Positions 28,457 through 39,693 of a stretch of 64,000 bases of DNA are shown here, in pieces. Each line of letters begins with the position of its first letter. Within the stretch, counting starts at the first letter, position 1. A model generated the notes under the pieces. That model was not told the DNA's origin. It was given only the letters and a program-made list of their open reading frames with translations, and searched no databases. The translations under genes were made by a program, and so were the position numbers. The DNA is from Burkholderiales bacterium (GTDB lineage: Bacteria > Pseudomonadota > Gammaproteobacteria > Burkholderiales > JBDZVW01), in assembly GCA_035700525.1 (NCBI GenBank), contig DASSON010000187.1, forward strand, positions 4 to 64,003, given 5' to 3'.

Positions 28457-29229
28457 ATTTTTTGCAGGTCCTTCAGCAGCTGCCGGGTATGAAGCGGCTT
28501 GTCGCCCAGGTAATGGTTCAGCACGCTGCGCATCAGCAGTTTGCTCTGCGCCGCGGTGACGGGATCGTGATAGTCACCGGCGTCGACGTCGATCAGCGTC
28601 TGCCCGGACAGTTCGGGGTCTGCTGCCGCATCGCCGTCGGCCACCCGCACCGGACCGCGCTCCATGACATAATGATAGCGCGCATCGGGCTGCAGCGGTT
28701 CGCCGCTGGCCGCGTCGCGGTCGAGGATCAGCGCGTAACCGAGTTGCGCCAGCAGTTCTTTCTCGAAACGCCGCAGCGTCGCCGCCTGGTCCGCGCCTGC
28801 CGCGAGCGTGGCCAGCGTCGCACCGTACGCCGCAAACAGCTGTTCGTGCGGATCGTCGCGTGCCAGCAGCCGCAGCAGCAGCTCGTTCAGATAGAACCCG
28901 CAGATCAGCGGTGATCCGCTTAGCGGCACCATGCCGCCCTGCCATTCCGCCTTGTACAGTGTGCGCAGTTCGCCTTTCCCGCCCCACGCCAGCGTCAGCG
29001 GCTGAAACGCGCGCAGCGTGCCGCGCAGCGCGGAGCGCGGCCGCCGTGCGCCACGCGCGACCAGCGCCACGCGGCCGTTGTGGCGGGTGAACGTCTCGAT
29101 CACCAGGCTGGTTTCGCGAAACGGGTAGCTGTGCAGCACGTAGCCTTCATCGCTGTCCTGGCGGCCGCGGCTGCGCGCGGCCGCGGCTGCGGCTTTGGGT
29201 GGTACGGAATGGTCGCGATCTGACATCAA
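28453..29229 (-). CDS. recO: DNA repair protein RecO
   Basis: 258 aa in the conserved era-recO-pdxJ context. [20 protein letters not shown]. Confidence 0.85.
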   Translation of the reverse strand: MMSDRDHSVPPKAAAAAARSRGRQDSDEGYVLHSYPFRETSLVIETFTRHNGRVALVARGARRPRSALRGTLRAFQPLTLAWGGKGELRTLYKAEWQGGMVPLSGSPLICGFYLNELLLRLLARDDPHEQLFAAYGATLATLAAGADQAATLRRFEKELLAQLGYALILDRDAASGEPLQPDARYHYVMERGPVRVADGDAAADPELSGQTLIDVDAGDYHDPVTAAQSKLLMRSVLNHYLGDKPLHTRQLLKDLQKI

Positions 29230-29264
29230 TCAACAAAACCTGACGAAACGGGGTTGCTGCGCCT

Positions 29265-30167
29265 TCAAATGTCTCCCTGCATGTCGGCGATGAAACGCTC
29301 GTCGTCGGCCCAGCCGCGCCGCACCTTGACCCACACGTCGAGGTACACGCGCCCGCCAAACAACTCCTCCATGTCGAGCCGCGCCTGCGTCGCGATGTTC
29401 TTGAGGCGGCCACCGCCCTTGCCGATCAGCATCGCCTTGTGGCTGTCCTTGCTGACAACGATGACGGCGTGGATGCGCCGCAGCTCGCCGTCCAGCTTGA
29501 AGGCCTCGATCTGCACGGTGGCCGCATACGGCAGCTCGTCCCCGGTCAGGCGGAAGATCTTTTCACGGATCAGCTCGGCGGCGAGAAAGCGTTCGCTGTT
29601 GCGCGTGATTTCGTCGGCGTCGAATAACGGCGGTGACTCCGGCAGCAACGGCGTCAGCGCCGCCGTCAGCTCGTTCACCTGCGTGCCGTCGGCCGCCGAA
29701 ACCGGAACGATCGCGGCAGCGTCGCATTCCTTTCCGAGTTGCGCGATGAATGGCAGCAGATCATCCTTGCGCCGCACGCGGTCGATCTTGTTGATCGCCA
29801 GCACCAGCGGCGTGCCGTGCGGCAGCAACGCGCGGATCGCCCGGTCACGCTCGTCGTAACGCAGCGCTTCGATCACCCACAGCACCGCATCGACGCCTTC
29901 GATGCTGCCGGCCACAGCACGGTTCATCATGCGATTGAGCGCGTTCCGATGCTGTGTCTGGAAGCCCGGCGTATCGACCAGCACGATTTGCGCGTCCGCG
30001 GTCGAAACGATGCCGATGATGCGCGCGCGCGTGGTCTGTGGCTTGCGCGACGTGATGCTGAGCTTGCAGCCGACCAGCCGGTTGAGCAGCGTTGATTTGC
30101 CGACGTTCGGGCGGCCGACGATTGCGACGCGGCCGGCGCGGTACGATGGGTTTGAATCGTTAACCAC
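29265..30167 (-). CDS. era: GTPase Era
   Basis: ORF 29265..30272 includes repeat-derived codons. Homology begins near RAGRVAIVGRPNVGKSTLLN. The only in-frame start codon close to it is GTG at 30167 (giving 300 aa). No SD; the start lies inside the outer stem of repeat C. Confidence 0.8.
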   Translation of the reverse strand: MVNDSNPSYRAGRVAIVGRPNVGKSTLLNRLVGCKLSITSRKPQTTRARIIGIVSTADAQIVLVDTPGFQTQHRNALNRMMNRAVAGSIEGVDAVLWVIEALRYDERDRAIRALLPHGTPLVLAINKIDRVRRKDDLLPFIAQLGKECDAAAIVPVSAADGTQVNELTAALTPLLPESPPLFDADEITRNSERFLAAELIREKIFRLTGDELPYAATVQIEAFKLDGELRRIHAVIVVSKDSHKAMLIGKGGGRLKNIATQARLDMEELFGGRVYLDVWVKVRRGWADDERFIADMQGDI

Positions 30168-30356
30168 AGAGACACAGAGGCGCAGAGAAGAAACGCATAA
30201 AAACCTGAACCGCAACGGCGCAAAGACGCAAAGGGTGCACAAAGAAAAAGTCGGAAGATAGGTTCTGTGCACCTTTTCTTTGCACCTTGGCGTCTTGGCA
30301 GTAACTCCTTTTACGTGGATTCATCTCTTGCCTTGCAGTTCTCTGTGTCTCTGTGG
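30164..30356. repeat. long palindromic intergenic element, family 2 (copy C) between rnc and era
   Basis: Perfect 16-bp outer inverted repeat CCACAGAGACACAGAG (30164..30179) / CTCTGTGTCTCTGTGG (30341..30356). The interior arms pair imperfectly (for example CAAAGAAAAG with CTTTTCTTTG). Homologous to copy E. Confidence 0.85.
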
Positions 30357-30363
30357 TGAAAAA

Positions 30364-31077
30364 TCAACGGCCGGCCGCCAGCTCGTACGCGCGCCGCGCG
30401 GCGTCCTGCTCTGCGCTGCGGCGGTTGGGGCCGGTGCCCGATGCGCGGATATCGAGTTCGGCGATCGCGCACTCCACTTCGAACAGTTGCTCGTGCGCTT
30501 CGCCGGTGATCGCGGTGACGCTGTAGCGCGGCAACGCGATTCGGCGCCCCTGCAGATACTCCTGCAGCAGCGTCTTCGGATCCTTGCCCGACGCCCGCGG
30601 ATCGATGACTTCGATCCGCGGGCCGAACTGGCGCCGTATCATGCACCGTGCCGCTTCGAAGCCGCCGTCGACGAATACCGCGCCGATCACCGCTTCCAGC
30701 GCATCGGCCAGCATTGATGGCCGCCGCCTGCCGCCACTCTTCAATTCGCCCTCCCCGAGCCGCAGGCAGTCGCCGATGCCGAGTTGCAGCGCGACCGCCG
30801 CCAGTGTCGGCTGGTTCACCAGGTTCGCGCGCAGGCGCGACAGCTCGCCTTCGGTCAGGCGCGGAAACCGGCAGTAGAGCTCGGTTGCGATCGCGCAATT
30901 GAGCACGCTGTCGCCGAGAAATTCCAGACGTTCATTGTGATCGGCACCGAAACTGCGATGTGTCAGCGCGCGCCGCAGTACCGTGGCATCGCCAAATGCG
31001 TGGCCGATACGTTCGGCGAACGCCGCAAGCTCCGCGCTGCAACCGTCAGCGGGACGAGGGGGTAAAGTCGATGACAA
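30364..31077 (-). CDS. rnc: ribonuclease III
   Basis: [20 protein letters not shown]-terminal dsRBD. ORF 30364..31263 is over-extended. The nearest in-frame start upstream of the homology is TTG at 31077, overlapping the preceding gene by 32 nt. Start is uncertain. Confidence 0.85.
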   Translation of the reverse strand: MSSTLPPRPADGCSAELAAFAERIGHAFGDATVLRRALTHRSFGADHNERLEFLGDSVLNCAIATELYCRFPRLTEGELSRLRANLVNQPTLAAVALQLGIGDCLRLGEGELKSGGRRRPSMLADALEAVIGAVFVDGGFEAARCMIRRQFGPRIEVIDPRASGKDPKTLLQEYLQGRRIALPRYSVTAITGEAHEQLFEVECAIAELDIRASGTGPNRRSAEQDAARRAYELAAGR

Positions 31078-31399
31078 GACTGATGTTTGCAAAAAGCGGG
31101 ATGCGCACCGTGTAGTCCGCGCTGAGCACGAGCTTGCCGCTGCCCTTGTTGATGTCAATGTCGCCCGGTCCGATCGCGGTGATATAGCCGGCATCCGCAC
31201 GCCGCGAAAATGCATCCTCGATGTCCTTGCGCGATGCATCCTGCATGCCTGGATCATCGGCAATTGCGTTGAACTGGTCGACGATCGAAAAATATTCGGT
31301 ATAAGCCGGAACCACCTTGATCGCCAGTATGCCGACGATGCCCAGAATGACGCACGCCACGAGCAAACCGGTCAGCGTCAGGCCTTTCTGTCTTTTCAT
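31046..31399 (-). CDS. small membrane-anchored protein (DUF4845-like) conserved between lepB and rnc
   Basis: 117 aa with N-terminal [33 protein letters not shown]. The family name is from memory of lepB-rnc synteny. Confidence 0.6.
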   Translation of the reverse strand: MKRQKGLTLTGLLVACVILGIVGILAIKVVPAYTEYFSIVDQFNAIADDPGMQDASRKDIEDAFSRRADAGYITAIGPGDIDINKGSGKLVLSADYTVRIPLFANISLVIDFTPSSR

Positions 31400-31444
31400 T
31401 GTTCCTCCCCCGTCTTGTACAGCCGCCCGTACGGCAGCCTCCGA

Positions 31445-32248
31445 TTACCGGATGGCCGTTCCGATACGTTTGAGATCGTTGAAATTCCACCAGATCAGGA
31501 ACGCCTTGCCGATGATGTTGGCCTCCGGAACGAATCCCCAGTAACGGCTGTCGCTGCTCGCGTCCCGATTGTCGCCCATCATGAAGTACTGACCCGGCGG
31601 CACCGTGCACGCGAAACCGGAATCATTGTACGTACAGTTGCCGCGAAACGGAAAGTCCCGCACGTCGGCCGGCTGCACCGGAGGCATGTTGGGCCGGACC
31701 AGAATGTAGTGATGGTGTCCGCCCAGCGTCTCGCTTATCCGGTGCGCTTCGACGTAACGCAGCCCGGATTCGACATAGCTGTAATCCCCGGCCGGCTGTT
31801 CCTTGATTGCCTCGCCATTAATGAACAGCCGCTTGTTGCGGTAAACGACGTGGTCCCCGGGAACGCCGACCACGCGCTTGATATAGTCGAGCGACTGATC
31901 CCACGGATAACGGAACACCATGACGTCGCCGCGGTGCGGTTCACCGACGTTGATGATTTTCTTGTCGATCACCGGCAACCGGATGCCGTACGCGAACTTG
32001 TTCACCAGGATGAAATCGCCCACCAGCAGGGTCGGGATCATCGAGCCGGACGGGATCTTGAACGGCTCCACCAGGAAGGAGCGCAGCACGAACACCACCA
32101 GGATAACCGGAAAAAAACTCTTCGGGTATTCGACCCACCACGGCTCGCGCGCCGTGTCGGAACGCCGCCGCCTGAGGAACACGATGTCGAGCAGCCAGAT
32201 CGCGCCGGTAACGACCAGCGCCAGGAACATGAACAATGCGAAATTCAT
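31445..32248 (-). CDS. lepB: signal peptidase I
   Basis: 267 aa with IPSGSMIPTLLVGDFILVNK, GDNRDASSDSRYWGFVP. Confidence 0.95.
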   Translation of the reverse strand: MNFALFMFLALVVTGAIWLLDIVFLRRRRSDTAREPWWVEYPKSFFPVILVVFVLRSFLVEPFKIPSGSMIPTLLVGDFILVNKFAYGIRLPVIDKKIINVGEPHRGDVMVFRYPWDQSLDYIKRVVGVPGDHVVYRNKRLFINGEAIKEQPAGDYSYVESGLRYVEAHRISETLGGHHHYILVRPNMPPVQPADVRDFPFRGNCTYNDSGFACTVPPGQYFMMGDNRDASSDSRYWGFVPEANIIGKAFLIWWNFNDLKRIGTAIR

Positions 32249-32278
32249 TCTTCTCTTTCTTCAGCCCTTTTATACAAC

Positions 32279-32368
32279 GTGAGGGGTGAGGAGAAAGGAG
32301 TGAGGAGATGAAGTTTCCGGCGCGCGCAGCGCGCCGCATCATTCACTCCTGACACCCCACTCCTCACC

Positions 32369-32372
<4 letters not shown>
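32279..32372. repeat. palindromic intergenic element, family 1 (copy D) between lepA and lepB
   Basis: Two TGAGGA units 14 nt apart (32287, 32301). Core TTTCCGGCGCGCGCAGCGCGCCGCA (32314..32338) matches copy A at 24 of 25 positions. The right arm CACTCC...CTCCTCACCTCAC pairs with the left arm and covers the lepA stop codon. Confidence 0.8.
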
Positions 32373-34159
<1,787 letters not shown>

Positions 34160-34285
34160 GACAGTGGCCGGGCCACGCGCCGGTTGCCCGCCCGGCTCCA
34201 TCGGGGGCCATCGGCCTGGGCAACAACGCGTTTGCAGCCGCGATTTTAGCGGATTTTATTCAAATATTCATTAAGTGCGGCCGGC

Positions 34286-34309
34286 ACCGGCGGGACGGCG
34301 CCCGCCGGT
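34286..34309 (-). terminator. GC hairpin downstream of the HtrA-family gene (possible terminator)
   Basis: ACCGGCGGG-acggcg-CCCGCCGGT is a perfect 9-bp stem. No adjacent U-tract on either strand. Confidence 0.3.
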
Positions 34310-34365
34310 CTTCGCCCATTGCCGCCGGCCGGATCTTCCAGTGCCCGCCGCGGCCGTTGTCGGGC

Positions 34366-35766
34366 TCAGCCTTCCGGTTCGACACGCAGTGGAATATAAA
34401 TCGAATTGTTCTCGCGCCGCACCAGCAGCGCCACGACCTTGCCCTTTTCGAGCTTGCCCATCTCGCGATGGAATTCGTCGGCGGAGCGCACGTCGTGATT
34501 GTTGATCGCGAGAATCACGTCGCCGCGGCGGATGCCGGCACGGGCGGCTGCTCCCTGCGTGCCGGTGACGTAGACACCGCCCTTCGACACGTTGAGACTC
34601 TTGCGCTGCTCGGCCGTCAGATCGCTCACCGTGATGCCGCTGCTGCTCGGTTTCGCACGCGGCTTGGCGCGTTCCGGGGCGCCGTTTCCGGCCAGTGCCT
34701 CGTCCGACATTTCGCCAACCGTGACCGCTACGTCGCGCGCGGCGCGATCGCGCCAGATCTGCATCTTCACCCGGGTGCCAGGCTTGACCGCGCTCACCAT
34801 GCGCGGCAGGTCTTCAACCGACTCGACCGGCTTGCCGTCGAACTTCAGGATCACGTCACCGGACTGCACGCCGGCGGTGTGAGCCGGGCCATCGGGATCG
34901 ACCCGGTTGACCAGCGCGCCCTGCGCCTTCGGCAGCCCGAACGACTCGGCAAGGTCCTTGGTCACCGGCTGGATCACCACGCCGATGCGGCCGCGCGTCA
35001 CCTTGCCGTGCGCGCGCAACTGCTGCGCAACGCCGTTCGCGACGTCGATCGGAATCGCGAACGACAGCCCCATGAAACCGCCGGTGCGGCTGTAGATCTG
35101 CGAATTGATGCCGATCACCTCGCCCTTCATGTCGAACAGCGGGCCGCCGGAATTGCCCGGATTGACCGCGACGTCGGTCTGAATGAACGGCACCAGGTTC
35201 TCCTCGGGCAACGAGCGGCCCTTGGCACTGACGATGCCGGCGGTCACGCTGTTCTCGAACCCGAACGGCGCGCCGATTGCGACCACCCATTCACCCACCT
35301 TGAGCTTGGCGGGATCACCGAATTTCACCACCGGCAGATTCTTTGCCTCGATCTTGATCAGCGCCACGTCGGTACGGCGGTCGCTGCCGATGATCTTGGC
35401 CTTGAATTCGCGCTTGTCAGTGAGTCGGACGAGGATTTCGTCAGCCGACGCCACGACGTGCGCGTTGGTCATGATGTAGCCGTCGGGGCTGATGATGAAG
35501 CCGGAGCCGAGCGAATGGGACTCGAACTGCTTCGGCATGTTGGGCATGAAATGGCGGAAGAACTCGTTGAACGGATCGTCCGGCTCGCCCTGTTCCGGTC
35601 CCTGCTCGGCAGGCGGTGTGCCGAGCGGATTCTTGACCGTCTGGGTGGTGCTGATGTTGACCACCGCCGGACCTTCCTGCTCGACGATTTTGGTGAAATC
35701 CGGCAATTGCGCCAGCGCGCCGAACGGCACCAGCAGCACGATCGCCAGCAGCAGATTCTTTAACAT
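34366..35766 (-). CDS. periplasmic serine endoprotease, DegP/DegQ/MucD (HtrA) family, two PDZ domains
   Basis: 466 aa with a signal peptide and catalytic motifs TNAHVV, DVALIK, GNSGGPL. Confidence 0.9.
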   Translation of the reverse strand: MLKNLLLAIVLLVPFGALAQLPDFTKIVEQEGPAVVNISTTQTVKNPLGTPPAEQGPEQGEPDDPFNEFFRHFMPNMPKQFESHSLGSGFIISPDGYIMTNAHVVASADEILVRLTDKREFKAKIIGSDRRTDVALIKIEAKNLPVVKFGDPAKLKVGEWVVAIGAPFGFENSVTAGIVSAKGRSLPEENLVPFIQTDVAVNPGNSGGPLFDMKGEVIGINSQIYSRTGGFMGLSFAIPIDVANGVAQQLRAHGKVTRGRIGVVIQPVTKDLAESFGLPKAQGALVNRVDPDGPAHTAGVQSGDVILKFDGKPVESVEDLPRMVSAVKPGTRVKMQIWRDRAARDVAVTVGEMSDEALAGNGAPERAKPRAKPSSSGITVSDLTAEQRKSLNVSKGGVYVTGTQGAAARAGIRRGDVILAINNHDVRSADEFHREMGKLEKGKVVALLVRRENNSIYIPLRVEPEG

Positions 35767-35804
35767 GACATCCCCTTTGATTCCCGAAACACGGCAATAA
35801 AGGT

Positions 35805-36788
35805 CTATTGTCCCTTAAATGCAAGGGAATTGGCGATCTGCATGATGGTGGCGGCGGGCACTTCACCCATCACCGTGACCAGATGGTTCGCCACGGGACG
35901 GGTGACGATATTGACCGCGCCCTGGCGCGACTGCCCGGTGCGCGGGGCGTCCGCCGGCAGCGGCTCGATGAAGACCGATACCGCCGCCAGGCCGTCCGAG
36001 AACACGATATGCGTGACCGGCTGCGGCTGCCCGGCGATCATGCGCTGCACTTCGGTCAGCCGGGCAAAGCCTGCCGGGCGGTCTTCGACCTGCCATACAC
36101 CATCGCCTTTCACCTCGTGCTCGCTGAGCGCGGAACGCTCGATCTTCCAGTCTCCGCTCACCGCGGCGTATTTCGATTTCAGCATGTCGCGCGTGATGCC
36201 GCCGATCTTGATCGTGCTGAACGCAAACAGCTCGATCAGCTTGCCGTTCTCGTCGTACATGCGTGCCACCAGCGGCAGCCCGGATGAGGTTTCAACGCAG
36301 AATTTGTGGCCGTAGCGCAGCTTGTCTTTCGGCGTCAGCCGGATTGCCTGGCAATGATGGCCGGCAACCCGGCGCACGGCACCGGTGTGCAAATCATAGT
36401 TGCGGGTGATGCCGGTCACCTGCGCCGGCAGCAGCGTCGGAAAGCGGCGCCGCTGACCCTTGTCGATCAGCACGGTTTTGCTGCGCGGCAGGTAGCACGT
36501 CACATTGTCGTTGTCGCGCACGATTTCGCGCGGCGGCCCGTCCAGCGTCTCCAGTTTCTCATAGTCGCCGCTGGCGTCAGTGAAATGGACGATGCGCGAT
36601 GTCTCCATCGTGGAGCCATGCTGGTAAATGAAGGTACCGGCATAATCGAGCGTATGCGCGGCATCGGCCATCTTGCGCAGCCACGTCAGCGCGTCGGCGG
36701 CTGCCGGTTCTGCCGCCTGTGCGACGCCCGACGCGGCAATGGCCAGCGCGAATATCAGCCCGGCGAACTGCAGACGACGCGCGGTCAC
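35805..36788 (-). CDS. rseB: sigma-E regulatory protein RseB/MucB
   Basis: 327 aa with a signal peptide. GTG start overlaps the rseA stop (GTGA). Synteny with rpoE-rseA. Confidence 0.85.
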   Translation of the reverse strand: MTARRLQFAGLIFALAIAASGVAQAAEPAAADALTWLRKMADAAHTLDYAGTFIYQHGSTMETSRIVHFTDASGDYEKLETLDGPPREIVRDNDNVTCYLPRSKTVLIDKGQRRRFPTLLPAQVTGITRNYDLHTGAVRRVAGHHCQAIRLTPKDKLRYGHKFCVETSSGLPLVARMYDENGKLIELFAFSTIKIGGITRDMLKSKYAAVSGDWKIERSALSEHEVKGDGVWQVEDRPAGFARLTEVQRMIAGQPQPVTHIVFSDGLAAVSVFIEPLPADAPRTGQSRQGAVNIVTRPVANHLVTVMGEVPAATIMQIANSLAFKGQ

Positions 36789-37267
36789 TGGCCGGTTTCA
36801 TCCTGGTTGACGGACACGGTGCGAATATAGGGCGCGAGCCCCTGCAACGCGCTGCTGGGCGAGAATTCCTGGTGCGCAATCAGGTACTCGCTGATGCGGC
36901 CGGTCGCCGGCACTGTCATGGCCACCTGTCCGGCCGTTCCGGCGGGGCTGCCGCCGAACGAAAAGGCGAACCACGCGATCGCCGCCACCGCGCACAGCGA
37001 CGCGGCGGCGGACAGGCCGTAGACCGCCGCGCGCGGCAGCCACAACGTATGCGACATTGTCACCGTCGCTTCCTCGGTGAGCCGTGCCCGCAGCCGTGCC
37101 GCAAAGTCCGTCGACAGCACCTGCCGGTCGCCGCGCAGCACGTCGCCGATCAGATGAAAGGTTTCCCATGTGGCGCACAACTCTTCGTGGTCGTTCAGAC
37201 GCCGGATCTCGAGCCGCGCTTCCTGCGCGTCGAGTTCGCTGTCCATCAGTGCCGAAAGCTTGTCCAC
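36785..37267 (-). CDS. rseA: anti-sigma-E factor RseA/MucA
   Basis: N-terminal DKLSALMDSELD...WETFHLIGDVLRG followed by a central TM. I prefer GTG at 37267 (AGGAGG 8 nt upstream) over GTG at 37276. Confidence 0.8.
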   Translation of the reverse strand: MDKLSALMDSELDAQEARLEIRRLNDHEELCATWETFHLIGDVLRGDRQVLSTDFAARLRARLTEEATVTMSHTLWLPRAAVYGLSAAASLCAVAAIAWFAFSFGGSPAGTAGQVAMTVPATGRISEYLIAHQEFSPSSALQGLAPYIRTVSVNQDETGQ

Positions 37268-37269
37268 TG

Positions 37270-37872
37270 CTACCACCTCCTCCTGTCCGTGCGCGTGCCG
37301 AGCTGCGGCCTCAACTGCTCCGCAATCGCTTCACGCGCCCTGAAAATCCGCGACCTGACCGTTCCGATCGGGCAATTCATGATCTGTGCAATTTCCTCGT
37401 AACTCAGCCCTTCGATCTCGCGCAGGGTGATCGCCGCACGTAATTCTTCAGGCAACGCTTCCAGCGTCTGGTTCACCGTTTCAGCGATCTGGCGGCTGAT
37501 CAGTTCGTGCTCCGGCGTATCGAGATCGCGCAACTGGTCGCCATCCTCGAAGGTCTCCGCATCCTCGGCGTTGATTTCAGACGTGGTAGGCGCCCGCCGC
37601 CCGAGCGCGACGAGATAATTCTTCGCGGTATTGATGCCGATACGGTAGAGCCAGGTGTAGAAGGCACTGTCGCCACGGAAGGTGGGCAGCGCACGATAGG
37701 CCTTGATGAATGCTTCCTGAGTCACATCCTCGATTTCCGTCGAATCCCGGATAAATCGCGACAGCAACCGCGCGAGCTTGCGTTGATACTTGGCGACCAG
37801 CAGTTCGAATGCACGCTTGTCTCCGCGCTGGGCTCTTTCCACCAGCTGCTGATCGACCTCCCGCTCACCCAT
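37270..37872 (-). CDS. rpoE: RNA polymerase sigma-E (ECF) factor
   Basis: Inside ORF 37270..37986. ATG at 37872 (MGEREVDQQLVERAQRGDKRAFELLV). 200 aa with region 2 and region 4 patterns. Confidence 0.9.
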   Translation of the reverse strand: MGEREVDQQLVERAQRGDKRAFELLVAKYQRKLARLLSRFIRDSTEIEDVTQEAFIKAYRALPTFRGDSAFYTWLYRIGINTAKNYLVALGRRAPTTSEINAEDAETFEDGDQLRDLDTPEHELISRQIAETVNQTLEALPEELRAAITLREIEGLSYEEIAQIMNCPIGTVRSRIFRAREAIAEQLRPQLGTRTDRRRW

Positions 37873-38106
37873 CAAACCCGGTCCCTGAACATTGAAGCAC
37901 TTGCGGCGGCATGCTGCCCGCAAAGGGGCTAAGTATACCGTCCCCCCAACGGTTTCAGGAAACGGGGTCGCTGCTCGTTCACACAATGACAGCCGGGGCC
38001 GGGCATTAGTTCATTTTCCTTTCATTTTCGCCGGCTTGTCCGCTGTGACGGCCCCGGGTACGCGCTCCTTTGGGGTATCATTCAGCGTTATTTCCGGGGG
38101 GACACG

Positions 38107-39681
38107 ATGGAGCACCAGTTCGACGTAGCGATCATCGGCAGCGGCCTTGCAGGCCTGACGCTGGCACTTCACCTGGCGGATACGCGCAAAGTCGGACTGA
38201 TCACCAAGAAACAACTGCTGGACGGCGCCAGCGACTGGGCCCAGGGCGGCATCGCCGCAGTCCTGTCGGCCAGCGACACCGTGACCTCGCACGTGCGTGA
38301 CACGCTGATTGCCGGCGCCGGTCTGTGCGATGAGGCGACCACGCGCTACGTGGTCGAGCACGGCCAGGAATGCGTGCGCTGGCTGATCGGACAGGGCGTT
38401 CCGTTCACCCGCGACCAGGCCAGCGACACCGGCTACCATCTGACGACCGAAGGCGGACACAGCCATCGCCGCGTGATTCACGCCGCCGACGCGACCGGAC
38501 ATGCGGTGCAAACCACGCTCGAAAGCACGGTGCGCGCGCACCCCAACATCACGCTGCTGGAAAGCCACATCGCGATCGACCTGATCACCGGCGCCAAGCT
38601 CGGCCTTTCGGACAACGCCTGCTACGGCTGCTACGCGCTTGACATCGCGGCCGGGCACGTCGTGACGATTGCCGCGCAGCACACGGTGCTGGCAGCCGGC
38701 GGTGCCGGCAAGGTCTATCTGTATACGACCAATCCCGACACGTCGACCGGCGACGGCATCGCGATAGGCTGGCGTGCCGGCTGCCGTGTCGCCAACATGG
38801 AATTCATCCAGTTTCACCCGACTTCGCTGTACCATGCTCACGCCAAATCGTTTCTGATCTCGGAAGCGGTGCGCGGCGAAGGCGGCATCCTGCGCCTGCC
38901 GGACGGCACACGCTTCATGCCGAACCACGATCCGCGCGCCGAGCTGGCGCCGCGCGACGTGGTGGCGCGCGCGATCGACTTCGAGATGAAGCGCCTCGGC
39001 CTGGACTGCGTCTATCTCGACATCACCGCCAAGTCCCCCGAATTCATCAAGGAGCATTTCCCGAACATTTACATCCACTGCATGGAAGTGGGGCTCGACA
39101 TCACGCGCTCGCCGATCCCGGTGGTGCCGGCCGCGCACTACACCTGCGGCGGCATCATGACCGATGCCTGCGCGCGTACCGACATTCCGAATCTCTACGC
39201 GGTAGGCGAAACTGCGTGCACCGGGCTGCACGGCGCCAACCGGCTCGCCAGCAACTCGCTGCTCGAATGCATGGTGTTCGGCCGCGCCGCAGCCGGGAAC
39301 ATCCTGGCGCAACCGCAACATGCGACGCCGAAACTGCCGGCGTGGGACGAAAGCCGCGTCACCGATGCCGACGAGGAAATTGTGATCTCGCACAACTGGG
39401 ACGAGCTGCGGCGTTTCATGTGGGACTACGTCGGCATCGTGCGCACCAACAAGCGCCTGGAGCGCGCGCAGCATCGCATCCGGCTGCTGCTGCAGGAAAT
39501 CGACGAGTACTATGCGAATTTCCGTGTCACCAACGATCTGCTGGAGCTGCGCAACCTGGTGACCACCGCCGATCTCATCGTCCGCAGCGCGCTCGCGCGC
39601 CACGAAAGCCGCGGCCTGCATTACTCACGTGATTATCCGGAAACGCTGCCGGAAGCGCGCAATACGGTGCTGGTGCGGTGA
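38107..39681 (+). CDS. nadB: L-aspartate oxidase
   Basis: 524 aa with FDVAIIGSGLAGL, the HPT.. motif and RSESRGLHY-like ARHESRGLHY. Confidence 0.95.
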   Translation: MEHQFDVAIIGSGLAGLTLALHLADTRKVGLITKKQLLDGASDWAQGGIAAVLSASDTVTSHVRDTLIAGAGLCDEATTRYVVEHGQECVRWLIGQGVPFTRDQASDTGYHLTTEGGHSHRRVIHAADATGHAVQTTLESTVRAHPNITLLESHIAIDLITGAKLGLSDNACYGCYALDIAAGHVVTIAAQHTVLAAGGAGKVYLYTTNPDTSTGDGIAIGWRAGCRVANMEFIQFHPTSLYHAHAKSFLISEAVRGEGGILRLPDGTRFMPNHDPRAELAPRDVVARAIDFEMKRLGLDCVYLDITAKSPEFIKEHFPNIYIHCMEVGLDITRSPIPVVPAAHYTCGGIMTDACARTDIPNLYAVGETACTGLHGANRLASNSLLECMVFGRAAAGNILAQPQHATPKLPAWDESRVTDADEEIVISHNWDELRRFMWDYVGIVRTNKRLERAQHRIRLLLQEIDEYYANFRVTNDLLELRNLVTTADLIVRSALARHESRGLHYSRDYPETLPEARNTVLVR

Positions 39682-39693
39682 AAAAAGACAATA

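Noticed and set aside
29265-30272. N-terminally extended versions of ORFs from the six-frame track (era to 30272, rnc to 31263, ppc to 21444, lepA to 34201, rpoE to 37986, mrpD to 49358, and others).
   Set aside because: The extensions lack homology, overlap neighbouring genes or repeat elements, and have better-placed internal starts with SD sequences or stop/start coupling.
37873-38106. Autoregulated sigma-E promoter (GAACTT-N16-TCTGA type) upstream of rpoE.
   Set aside because: The best candidates (GAAACC...TACTTA region on the minus strand) match the consensus poorly and have doubtful spacing. I cannot support a call without TSS data.
38011-39621. 536-aa ORF antisense to nadB. Similar very long antisense or off-frame ORFs occur at 11692..13410, 43939..46161, 32555..34249, 6428..7651, 30983..32311, 10081..11415-type frames and others.
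   Set aside because: Each lies opposite or out of frame to a gene with clear family motifs. Their translations are Arg/Ala/Gly/Pro-rich low-complexity strings typical of stop-poor alternative frames in GC-rich DNA.
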